The notes: generated by a model from the letters alone, not told the origin. Positions 1-7,574 are shown, numbered from the stretch's first letter. The stretch: DNA of 15,183 nt from an uncultured Deinococcales bacterium (GCA_964244895.1 CAXTKV010000132.1:1-15183), one strand, 5' to 3'. A program made the numbers and translations.

Positions 1-41
1 AGTGCGGCGGTGAGTGCGAGTGCTGCGGTGATTCGCTTCAT
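1..41 (-). CDS. 5' end of a secreted/periplasmic protein (partial, runs off the window)
   Basis: Minus strand from 41 reads ATG AAG CGA ATC ACC GCA GCA CTC GCA CTC ACC GCC GCA = MKRITAALALTAA(L), a typical Sec signal peptide start. AGGGGG SD-like motif at 56-51. Not in the ORF track. Confidence 0.7.
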   Translation of the reverse strand, partial: MKRITAALALTAA

Positions 42-129
42 GTGGTAATTCCCCCTGAATCGTGTGACGGAGCGCATCGTTTTTGGGTGAGAGGTCCAGT
101 TGCCGTGTTTCCTGCCTCTTCCAATCGCG

Positions 130-400
130 ATTTCACGTTCCTGTTTGGAGATGTTGTTTCAACATGAACAATCTCACCTCCTTTCATTCCCATGTTGAAC
201 TCATAGTTCTCCGAAAAGGAGTATTCAGTTCAAAGAAAATAAAGTCAAATATAAATTCAAGGTCAATTTTTATTATGAAAACCTTGACAATCAATTGACA
301 GAGAATTGAAGTTCGATTTACATTCAATTTATAAATCGAAGTTTTGCTCGGGATACATATTCATGACAAATTCAATGACATTCAGGACACACAACGGTAC
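130..400. promoter_or_regulatory. AT-rich divergent promoter region with several inverted repeats
   Basis: Much more AT-rich than the flanks. TTGACA at 284-289 and 295-300; TACATT at 319-324 (18-nt spacer from the second). IR TCAAGGT(257-263)/ACCTTGA(281-287). IR TTCGATTTA(312-320)-N11-TAAATCGAA(332-340). Confidence 0.6.
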
Positions 401-404
401 TACC

Positions 405-1157
405 ATGCCTACCGTGGACGAAATTCGACGCGCGCAGGCCTGGGACGACCCGACCGTAGAATCCGTCGTCGTGTATGAGCCCGAGCGGCACCAATCCGAA
501 ATCATCGTGCGGGCGCTCGAGCGGCAAGGGTATCGGGTGTACGTGGCCCCGAGCGTCCGGTCAGTGCTCGATTACCTTCAGATGTACTGCCCCGACGCCG
601 TGTTGATCGGGCTCAGTGACGCCGATACGGCTGCTCGAGATGTGCTCTCGGTGATTCATCGGAGCCACGAAGTGCCCGTCATCTGCGCGGCCACCGACTT
701 CAGCACCTTCGAGTTGCAGATCGAGGCGGGCGTCAAGCCGAGCGATTTTCTGCTGAAACCGATCAACCAGAACGAGCTCGCATTTCGCGTCAACGCCGCC
801 ATCAGAACGGCGGAAGAGGCGACGAACGGCACCCGCCATCTCGAGATCGGCCCGATCAGGCTGGATCTCAGGCGCAAGCTGGCCTACGTCGGAAACGCGC
901 GCCTGAACTTGACCATGACCGAATACCGCATCCTCGAGCACCTGGGCTTTCATCGCGGCGTGATCGTCGATCGCCAGAGTCTGGCGGAGATGTTGGCGCT
1001 CCGAAGCACCAGCCAACGCATCATCGACACGCATTTCAGCAACCTGCGCATCAAACTCAGGGTTGCCGGAATCTGGGATATTCTGGAAACCGTCCGGGGT
1101 TACGGCTACCGCCTGTGGTACGAGGGCGCCAACCCCGCATTTGAAGCCAGCGCGTAA
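405..1157 (+). CDS. OmpR/PhoB-family response regulator with degenerate (pseudo-)receiver domain
   Basis: REC-like N-terminus (VVVYE..PDAVLIG..PVIC..DFLLKP) and winged-helix C-terminus (LTMTEYRILEHL, IIDTHFSNLRIKL, LETVRGYGYRL). The ORF-track TTG start at 306 lies in AT-rich promoter DNA; the real start is uncertain (ATG 363/375/405 or GTG 414). Confidence 0.85.
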   Translation: MPTVDEIRRAQAWDDPTVESVVVYEPERHQSEIIVRALERQGYRVYVAPSVRSVLDYLQMYCPDAVLIGLSDADTAARDVLSVIHRSHEVPVICAATDFSTFELQIEAGVKPSDFLLKPINQNELAFRVNAAIRTAEEATNGTRHLEIGPIRLDLRRKLAYVGNARLNLTMTEYRILEHLGFHRGVIVDRQSLAEMLALRSTSQRIIDTHFSNLRIKLRVAGIWDILETVRGYGYRLWYEGANPAFEASA

Positions 1158-1249
1158 TCCTGACGCGCCATCCTTGAGGCATCGCGGATTGGCCTGAACT
1201 TCAGGGCGTCCGCGCCGTCTGGACTATTTCACTCGAGGACGAAACGCCG

Positions 1250-1873
1250 ATGATCGCCGCGCCTCAAACGACAGATGGGCTGATCGAACTCGCCGCGCGC
1301 TTCGGTGGCCTGGTGACTCGGGCGCACATCAAGGCCGCCGGAATCCACGAGCGGGTGATCGCATCCTGGGTCAGTCAGGGCAGGATCGTTCGCCTTCATC
1401 GCGGCGTGTACCAGATCGCTGAGTTCGGTCGAGGCGCGCCGCAGACGAGCCTCGCGTCGGTGCAGTTGCGAATTCCGAACGGTGTGATCTGCCTGGAAAC
1501 GGCGCTCGCCGTACACGGAATGACCGCAGCTTTTCCCGCCGTGGTCAGCGTGGCCGTGGGCCGCACGGCGCGCGCCCCAACCATTCCGGGGGTCAGCGTT
1601 TACCGGTTCGCTCCCGGCCAGTTGACGGACATTGAGACGAGAACCCATCAGGGCGTGCCGGTGTCTGTTTTCGGCCTCGAGAAAACCCTGGTCGATCTGC
1701 TGCGTTACCGCCGCGCGCTCGGGATTGAACCGTTCTGGAGCGGCCTGAGCGCATACTTCAAAAGCGAGATGCTAGATCAGAACAGGTTGGAGGCGGTCGC
1801 GCGGGACTGCCGCACCGGGCGGATCATGCTCGAGATGATCGAAAAGCTGAACGCTCAACCCGTCAGGGTTTGA
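1250..1873 (+). CDS. AbiEi-family (type IV toxin-antitoxin) antitoxin-like transcriptional regulator
   Basis: N-terminal wHTH (GGLVTRAHIKAAGI..GRIVRLHRGVY), then GVICLETALAVHGMT and LEKTLVDLLRYR, characteristic of AbiEi proteins. GAGGA upstream. Confidence 0.85.
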   Translation: MIAAPQTTDGLIELAARFGGLVTRAHIKAAGIHERVIASWVSQGRIVRLHRGVYQIAEFGRGAPQTSLASVQLRIPNGVICLETALAVHGMTAAFPAVVSVAVGRTARAPTIPGVSVYRFAPGQLTDIETRTHQGVPVSVFGLEKTLVDLLRYRRALGIEPFWSGLSAYFKSEMLDQNRLEAVARDCRTGRIMLEMIEKLNAQPVRV

Positions 1874-1926
1874 TCGAAAGCGCCCAGATCTTTGAGCGCA
1901 ACATCGCGACTTTGAGGATCTAAATT

Positions 1927-2046
1927 CCAGAGAACACCGTCCAGGACGATGTTCTCCTGGTAAAGAAATACGCGTCCAGGACGGTCTTCCGGATCGCTCG
2001 AGCCTCAAGACTGCGCGCTGGACGGCGCTCAGCCTGGACGGCACTC
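1927..2046. repeat. REP-like palindromic repeat cluster between convergent genes
   Basis: GAGAACACCGTCC-A-GGACGATGTTCTC (1930-1956, one mismatch, flanked by CCAG/CTGG); second unit GAAATACGCGTCCAGGACGGTCTTCC (1965-1990); partial CTGGACGGC units near 2018 and 2034. Confidence 0.8.
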
Positions 2047-2512
2047 AGCGCGCGACCGCGCGAGCCTGGGCATTCGCCAGCCTGTCCGCGCGTTCGTTCA
2101 GGTCGTGCCCGGCGTGACCTTTCGTCCAGTCCCAATCGACCGCGTGGATCGCGCTCAATTCCAGCAGGCGCTCCCAGAGTTCCCTGTTCTTGACGGGTTC
2201 CTTGCTGGCGGTCTTCCAACCGTTTTTTTGCCAGCCCGCCAACCAGCGTTTGGTGAAGGCGTGCTGGACGTATTTTGAATCCGTCACGATGGTCACGGCG
2301 CACGGTTCCTTGAGGGCTTCCAGGGCGCGGATCGCGCCGGTCAGTTCCATGCGGTTGTTGGTCGTGTGGGCCTCGTTGCCGGAAAGCTCCAAGGTTTTCG
2401 ATTCGCCTTTTGAGTTGATGTATTCCAGGATTGCGGCCCACCCGCCCGGCCCCGGATTGCCCAGGCAGGAGCCGTCCGTGTGGACGATCACTCGTTTTTT
2501 GGGCGTCTGCAT
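2045..2512 (-). CDS. rnhA: Ribonuclease HI
   Basis: Motifs [61 protein letters not shown]. Confidence 0.97.
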   Translation of the reverse strand: MQTPKKRVIVHTDGSCLGNPGPGGWAAILEYINSKGESKTLELSGNEAHTTNNRMELTGAIRALEALKEPCAVTIVTDSKYVQHAFTKRWLAGWQKNGWKTASKEPVKNRELWERLLELSAIHAVDWDWTKGHAGHDLNERADRLANAQARAVAR

Positions 2513-2599
2513 CGGCGAAAAGTGTACCAGATGATTTTTTGATGCAAACTCCGTTTATTCGAGTCAGCGAGAATTGATCCGGGCGGGTAACAATGTCTG

Positions 2600-3604
2600 A
2601 TGCGTTCGCGCCCGAAATCACCGGCGTTGCGGGTGCTTTCCATCCTGAACTTGATCGGGCTGGTCGGGCTGGCGTGGCTCGAGACGGCGTTGGCGGAACG
2701 CTTCTGGCTGGTGACGGTAGTCACCTACGCGCCGCAGCATCCGCTCGGGATCGCGGCGCTCGGGCTGATCTGTTGGTCGGTGATCGCGCGCGATGCGCGA
2801 GCGGTGGCGATCAACCTGGTGGCGTTCGGGTCGATCGCGTTTTTCTTTCTGGGCCTGAACCTGCCGTGGCGAGCGCTGACCCAGAAGCCTGAAGGGACGC
2901 CGTTGCGGGTCGTGACGTACAACATTCGCAATTCTGCGGACGCGCTGAACGCCGTGCGCCACCTGAAACCCGACGTGATCTGCGCGCAGGAATCGAGCGC
3001 GTTGAACGATCCGCACCTGGGCAGGGCATCGCTGATTTCCGGGTACGGGTCGGTCACAGAGGACGAACTGACGGTCATCTCGAGGTACCCGATTCGTTCG
3101 CACCGCCTGATTCGTTTGTCGCCCGTCGAACCAGCCTCCGCGTTGCAGCCGACCAATCAAGCGTTCCTCGAGATGCTGATCGAGGTGCGTGGGAAGCCCG
3201 TCAAGGTGATCGACGTGCACGTCTGGACGCCGGATATCCTGGGGCGTTTGCCGCGCTACGAGGGTCTGGGTTTGAAGGCTCGCGTGACGCAGTTCTCGTT
3301 GAACCGCTGGGCGGAAGTGCAGCGCGTGCTTGCAGAAGCAGCTGATGGAAACGTTCCGGTGATCGTCTGCGGTGATTTCAACACGCCACCTCGGGGGGCG
3401 CTCTATGGCGCGTTGAAAACGAAGCTGACGGACGCTTTTGCGGCCTCGGGTTGGGGGTTGGGGGACACGTACAGCGCGCGCTGGCCGCTGTTGCGCATCG
3501 ATTACGTCTGGACATCGGATCGGTTGCGCGCCGTCCGGTCTTTTGTGGCGAACGATCTGCTTTCGGATCACCGGGCGCTGATCGCGGATCTGATGCTGCG
3601 CTGA
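2600..3604 (+). CDS. Membrane-anchored endonuclease/exonuclease/phosphatase (EEP) family protein
   Basis: Three N-terminal hydrophobic segments, then EEP motifs LRVVTYNI, DVICAQE, VIVCGDFNTP, RIDYVW, SDHRAL. Confidence 0.9.
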   Translation: MRSRPKSPALRVLSILNLIGLVGLAWLETALAERFWLVTVVTYAPQHPLGIAALGLICWSVIARDARAVAINLVAFGSIAFFFLGLNLPWRALTQKPEGTPLRVVTYNIRNSADALNAVRHLKPDVICAQESSALNDPHLGRASLISGYGSVTEDELTVISRYPIRSHRLIRLSPVEPASALQPTNQAFLEMLIEVRGKPVKVIDVHVWTPDILGRLPRYEGLGLKARVTQFSLNRWAEVQRVLAEAADGNVPVIVCGDFNTPPRGALYGALKTKLTDAFAASGWGLGDTYSARWPLLRIDYVWTSDRLRAVRSFVANDLLSDHRALIADLMLR

Positions 3605-3650
3605 GAACACCGTCTGGGACACGTATTTTATTCGCGTGCCGGACGGTATC
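3603..3650. repeat. REP-like inverted doublet overlapping the EEP stop codon
   Basis: GAGAACACCGTCTGGGACACG (3603-3623) and CGCGTGCCGGACGGTATC (3633-3650), imperfectly complementary arms. Confidence 0.75.
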
Positions 3651-3741
3651 GTCGAAAAGGAACGAGAAGAAACGGTGCCGCTTCTCGAGAGAAATTCGTC
3701 TCCGGGGTTCAGCGCGCACGGAAGCCTGGTAGCCTTCACCC

Positions 3742-4710
3742 ATGCGTTCCGCTCGAGCCATCGCCGTGTCCGCCGTGATGCTGATGACCGCCCTCGCTTT
3801 CGCGCAGGATGCCGCGCCCAGCGCGTTGCGGTTGCGCGCGGATCAGGGCACGGTCACGAAATACGGCGGCAAGACCGATCAGCTCAGGTTCTACGCGTTC
3901 TCGTTCGCCACCGGACCGGGCGGGGCGCGCCTGCCGGACGACCTGCGCGACAGGTTGAAGCTCGCTTTCGAGCGCGATTTCTCGGGGTCTTCCGGCCTGG
4001 ATTCCGGCAAGACGCTGACGGTGGCCAACTCCACCGAAACCATCCTGGAAGCCAGAGACGATGGATCGCGCGTCGTGCAGGTCGAATCGTACACGCAGTC
4101 AACGGGCCTGGTCGGTCTGGGCCAGACGGCGGACTCGAGCTACCTGCGCACGCACGCGCCGGATGGCGGCGTCAGCCTGGGGGACGTGAAGGTCAAGATC
4201 GAGACGGCCCAACCGTTCCTGAGCGACGAGGTGCAGAACGCGAAGATCATCGCCTCGCTCGAGCAGAGCGTCCGTTTTGGGGCGATCATTCAGGCGGAAA
4301 TTCTGACCGGCTGCTTTCAGGCCGCGCCCGGCGCGGTCAGTCCGTTGATGATCGATCCCAGACCGTTCATGCCCAGCGCAAATTCGGGCGCTGATGCTTC
4401 GGGCGCACCCGATGGTCTTCAGCCCGTCCGTCTGGGCGATTTGCGGCTCGAGCGCACCGCAGAAGGCGGTGCGGATTGCCGCGTCAGCCTGGAACCGAAA
4501 CGCTACGGTGTGGGTTCCGAAATGTACTCGTTCGTCTCGCGCCAGAGGCTGCAATTTTTGCCCGACGGTCGGGTGAACCATTCCGAATCGGTTTCCAGCA
4601 CGAGCATCAACCGCTCTGAAGCCACGGATTTCGAGTTCGAGAGCAGGATCTACCGCGTCCGCTACGCGCTGGTTTTTCGTTCTCAGGGCTCGAGCGACCG
4701 TCTGGATTGA
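3742..4710 (+). CDS. Secreted hypothetical protein
   Basis: 322-aa ORF with Sec-type signal peptide (MRSARAIAVSAVMLMTALAFA|QD). Extended -10 TGgTAGCCT (3727-3735) lies 6 nt before the ATG. No family recognised. Confidence 0.75.
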   Translation: MRSARAIAVSAVMLMTALAFAQDAAPSALRLRADQGTVTKYGGKTDQLRFYAFSFATGPGGARLPDDLRDRLKLAFERDFSGSSGLDSGKTLTVANSTETILEARDDGSRVVQVESYTQSTGLVGLGQTADSSYLRTHAPDGGVSLGDVKVKIETAQPFLSDEVQNAKIIASLEQSVRFGAIIQAEILTGCFQAAPGAVSPLMIDPRPFMPSANSGADASGAPDGLQPVRLGDLRLERTAEGGADCRVSLEPKRYGVGSEMYSFVSRQRLQFLPDGRVNHSESVSSTSINRSEATDFEFESRIYRVRYALVFRSQGSSDRLD

Positions 4711-4753
4711 GCTTCGCGCAAGCCGAAAACATGTTCTCGAGAAGGCTGACCCC

Positions 4754-4805
4754 GAGAACACCGTCCGGCACGTGGGCACATAAACGCGTGCTGGACGGTG
4801 TTTCC
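4754..4805. repeat. REP-like inverted doublet between convergent genes (possible bidirectional terminator/stabiliser)
   Basis: GAGAACACCGTCCGGCACG (4754-4772) pairs with CGTGCTGGACGGTGTTTCC (4787-4805). Confidence 0.8.
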
Positions 4806-4830
4806 GTACCGTGGAAGCCCGAGTCGGTGT

Positions 4831-5841
4831 TCAGCTCGGCGGTCCGCAACTGCCGCGTCGGATCAGCGTGCCGGGAAAGCGCTGCCGCACGACCAGTTCC
4901 AGATCGCGGCGTTCGATCGTGTCAATCACGATGTCCACGGCGGCCAGGCCCATGTCCAGGGTCGGTTGGGTGATCACGTCCAACGGCGGATCGACCAGGC
5001 TCGTCCAGGAATAGTCGTCGAAGGTCAGGAACGACACGTCCTGCGGGATTCGCGAGCCCAGTTCCTTGAGGGCGCGGAAGGCTCCGGCGGCCTCGTTGCC
5101 GGTCATCGAGAAGATCGCGGTCGGGCGCTCGGGCAGGCGCATCAGTTCCAGGGTGCGCTCGTAAGCGCTCTCCTCGCTCAAGGTCGTGCCGCGTCGGTAG
5201 GCCCTCGGGATGCGCAACCCGAAGGATTTCATGACTTCCGGGAACGCCTTGCCGCGCTCGTCCTGAAGTTTGTGCGGGTCAAAAATCGTCAGCGCCGCGA
5301 TCCGCTCGTGCCCCAGATCGTGCAGGTAGCGCACGCCCATCTCGACGCAACCCGCGTTCTCGAGCATGACGTGCGAGAACGGGCTTCCGGCCACGAAGTT
5401 ATCGATTTCCAGGATGTACGTGCCTTGCTGGTGCAGGCGGTTGAGGTATTCCAGGTTGCCCGCGCCGAAAGCGCTGCGGATGATCAAACCGCTGACGCGC
5501 TGCCCGTGGAACATCCGCAGGTGCTCGAGTTCCAGGTCGGTTTCGTACTCGTTGTCGGCCACGATCAGCGCGTAGCCTCTGGCGTGGACGGCCTTGGCGA
5601 TGGTGCGGGTCAGTTGCGCGAAGAACGGTTCGATGATGTTGCCGACCATTAACCCGATCGTCTGGCTGTGGCCGCGCCGCAGCGCTCCGGCGGTGCGGTC
5701 GGGTTCGTAGTTGAGTTCCTGGATGGCGTGTTGGACGCGTTCTAAGGTCGCGCTCGTCAAGAGGTGCGGTTCGCGGATGGCGCGTTTCGCGGTCGTCGCA
5801 GAGACCCCCGCGAGCCTGGCGACATCGTGAATGTTGGTCAC
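4831..5841 (-). CDS. LacI/GalR-family transcriptional regulator of the polyol locus
   Basis: HTH NIHDVARLAGVS, hinge YEPDRTAGALRRG, sugar-binding domain (LGHERIA, IPQDVSFLTFDD, ITQP). GTG start 6 nt after TAGAAT. Confidence 0.95.
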   Translation of the reverse strand: MTNIHDVARLAGVSATTAKRAIREPHLLTSATLERVQHAIQELNYEPDRTAGALRRGHSQTIGLMVGNIIEPFFAQLTRTIAKAVHARGYALIVADNEYETDLELEHLRMFHGQRVSGLIIRSAFGAGNLEYLNRLHQQGTYILEIDNFVAGSPFSHVMLENAGCVEMGVRYLHDLGHERIAALTIFDPHKLQDERGKAFPEVMKSFGLRIPRAYRRGTTLSEESAYERTLELMRLPERPTAIFSMTGNEAAGAFRALKELGSRIPQDVSFLTFDDYSWTSLVDPPLDVITQPTLDMGLAAVDIVIDTIERRDLELVVRQRFPGTLIRRGSCGPPS

Positions 5842-5848
5842 GTGGCCA
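5835..5848. promoter_or_regulatory. Candidate LacI operator O1 (overlaps regulator start codon)
   Basis: TGGTCACGTGGCCA, near-perfect palindrome with central CG. Confidence 0.75.
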
Positions 5849-5877
5849 TTCTAGTCACAGATTCAACTGCGGAGGGC

Positions 5878-5907
5878 TTTACAAACCCGAGAGTCATCCT
5901 GTAGAGT
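5878..5907 (+). promoter_or_regulatory. Candidate sigma70 promoter of the polyol operon
   Basis: TTTACA (5878-5883), 18-nt spacer, TAGAGT (5902-5907). The predicted start site falls inside operator O2. Confidence 0.55.
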
Positions 5908-5909
5908 TC

Positions 5910-5923
5910 TGGCCACGTGACCA
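5910..5923. promoter_or_regulatory. Candidate LacI operator O2
   Basis: TGGCCACGTGACCA, the exact reverse complement of O1. Confidence 0.75.
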
Positions 5924-6030
5924 TTACAACATCTCGGGTTGCCGCCTGTCGTTCTACGATCTAGCGGTCTGAGCCTGAAATGCGCGGCTCGAGACCCGGA
6001 AGAAGGAGTGCGGATTTCCTATCCCCACTC

Positions 6031-6046
6031 ATGGCCACGTGGCCAT
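6031..6046. promoter_or_regulatory. Candidate LacI operator O3
   Basis: ATGGCCACGTGGCCAT, perfect 16-bp palindrome. Confidence 0.75.
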
Positions 6047-6174
6047 TACCGACTGAAACGCGAAACAATCCTGAGGAGGTGAAATCCAGACAAGGCACCA
6101 CCCGCAGAACAGGGGAGAAACCGACCGAACCCACACGCATCCACAGTTCGTTCAGCTCGCTCGAGGGAGATCGC

Positions 6175-7536
6175 ATGAAATCAAAAACATTGCTTTTCGG
6201 TGGGGGACTGTTGGCCGTCGCCGGAATCGCCGCCGCGACCGTCGCGCTCGCGCAAGAGCCGACCACGATCACCATCGCCACCGTCAACAACTCCGACATG
6301 CAGACCATGGAAAAGCTCACCCCGGAGTTTGAAAAAGCCTACCCGGACATCAAGCTCAAATGGAGCGTGCTGCCCGAAAACGAACTGCGCCAGAAGCTGA
6401 CCACCGACATCTCCACCGGTGCGGGCAGCTACGACGTGGCCACCATCGGCACCTACGAAGTGCCGATCTGGGCCAAGAACGGTTGGCTCAACTCGATGGA
6501 TGCGCTCTTCGACAAGAACGCCGACATCAAAGCCTCCTACGATGTCAACGACCTGCTGACCCCGGTCAAGCTGGGCTTGTCCTACAACAAGAACCTGTAC
6601 GCGCTGCCCTTCTACGCCGAATCCAGCATGACCTTCTATAACAAGGCCGCCTTCGCCAAGGCTGGACTGGTCATGCCCGTCAAACCGACCTGGTCTCAGA
6701 TCGAAGGCTTCGCCGCCAAACTGCACAAGCCGCAGAACGGTTTCTTCGGCATCTGCTTGCGCGGGTTACCCGGCTGGGGCGAGAACATGGCGGTCTTCAG
6801 CACGATCGTCAACACCTTCGGTGGACGCTGGTTCGACCCGAAGTGGAACGCCACGCTGAACTCCCCCGCCTGGAAGGCCGCGCTGACCTTCTACGTCAAC
6901 CTGCAAAAGAAGTACGGCGCACCCGGCGCGACCGGCAACGGCTTCACCGAGAACCTGACCTACATGAGCCAAAACAAGTGCGGCATGTGGATCGACGCGA
7001 CCGTCGCCGCAGGCTTTCTGAAGGACCCCAAGCAGTCCAAGATTGTCGACACCGTCGGCTTTGCCAACGCCCCGACCGGCCCCGGCACGCCGAAGGGCAG
7101 CAACTGGCTGTGGTCGTGGTCGCTGGCCATCCCGAAGTCCAGCAAATCGGCTGACGCCGCCTTCAAGTTCATCACCTGGGCCACCAGCAAGGAATACATC
7201 GCCCTGGTCGCGCAGACCAACGGCACCTGGGCCAGCGTTCCTCCGGGAACCCGCAAGAGCACCTACGCCAACCCGGAATACAAGAAGGCCGCCGGTGATT
7301 TCGCAGGCATCACGCTCGATTCGATCAACCGCGCCGACCCGACCAACGCCACCAAGGACCCCGTGCCTTACGTCGGTGTGCAGTTCGTCGGCATCCCCGA
7401 ATTCCAGGCGCTGGGCACGCAAGTCGGACAGTACATCGCCGGAGCCCTGGCCGATCAGTATACGGTCGACCAGGCTTTGAAGCTCGCTCAGGCCGCCGCA
7501 GAGAAGGTCGCTAAAGAGGGCGGCTACAAGAAGTAA
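6175..7536 (+). CDS. smoE: Polyol (sorbitol/mannitol-type) ABC transporter substrate-binding protein
   Basis: GAGGGAG SD then ATG 6175 (the ORF-track start at 5980 is a non-coding extension). Signal peptide ending ALA|QE. ITIATVNNSDM, ENELRQKLTTDI, TIGTYEVPIWAK, LRGLPGWGENMA, WLWSWSLAIP, PVPYVGVQFVGIPEFQ match SmoE/MtlE-type proteins. Confidence 0.9.
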   Translation: MKSKTLLFGGGLLAVAGIAAATVALAQEPTTITIATVNNSDMQTMEKLTPEFEKAYPDIKLKWSVLPENELRQKLTTDISTGAGSYDVATIGTYEVPIWAKNGWLNSMDALFDKNADIKASYDVNDLLTPVKLGLSYNKNLYALPFYAESSMTFYNKAAFAKAGLVMPVKPTWSQIEGFAAKLHKPQNGFFGICLRGLPGWGENMAVFSTIVNTFGGRWFDPKWNATLNSPAWKAALTFYVNLQKKYGAPGATGNGFTENLTYMSQNKCGMWIDATVAAGFLKDPKQSKIVDTVGFANAPTGPGTPKGSNWLWSWSLAIPKSSKSADAAFKFITWATSKEYIALVAQTNGTWASVPPGTRKSTYANPEYKKAAGDFAGITLDSINRADPTNATKDPVPYVGVQFVGIPEFQALGTQVGQYIAGALADQYTVDQALKLAQAAAEKVAKEGGYKK

Positions 7537-7544
7537 GGCCCTCA

Positions 7545-7574
7545 GGGATGCTCGAGCGACCGCTCGAGCATCCC
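7545..7574 (+). terminator. Strong hairpin after the binding-protein gene (mRNA stabiliser or attenuator; no U-tract)
   Basis: GGGATGCTCGAGCG-AC-CGCTCGAGCATCCC, perfect 14-bp inverted repeat 8 nt after the stop codon. Confidence 0.7.

Noticed and set aside
38..193. 51-aa minus-strand ORF (MGMKGGEIVHVE...) ending in an ATGA overlap with the gene at 41
   Set aside because: No SD or recognisable protein features; the perfect SD inside it is better explained as a leader element. Not fully excluded.
83..298. 71-aa plus-strand ORF in the AT-rich region
   Set aside because: TTG start, atypical composition, overlaps promoter-like DNA.
1250..3604. AbiEi + RNase HI + EEP nuclease as a joint anti-phage system
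   Set aside because: The genes are convergent or divergent rather than operonic, rnhA is a standard housekeeping copy, and the EEP protein is the common membrane-anchored type; there is no evidence of linkage beyond adjacency.
4798..5652. Long antisense or alternative-frame ORFs (also 2618-3739, 7911-8774, 8639-9568, 8800-9756, 9641-10834, 11481-12419)
   Set aside because: Shadows of well-supported genes in GC-rich DNA; Arg/Gly/Pro-rich translations without recognisable motifs.
5980..6174. N-terminal extension of the binding protein in the ORF track
   Set aside because: The signal peptide and SD place the start at 6175; the extension contains operator O3.
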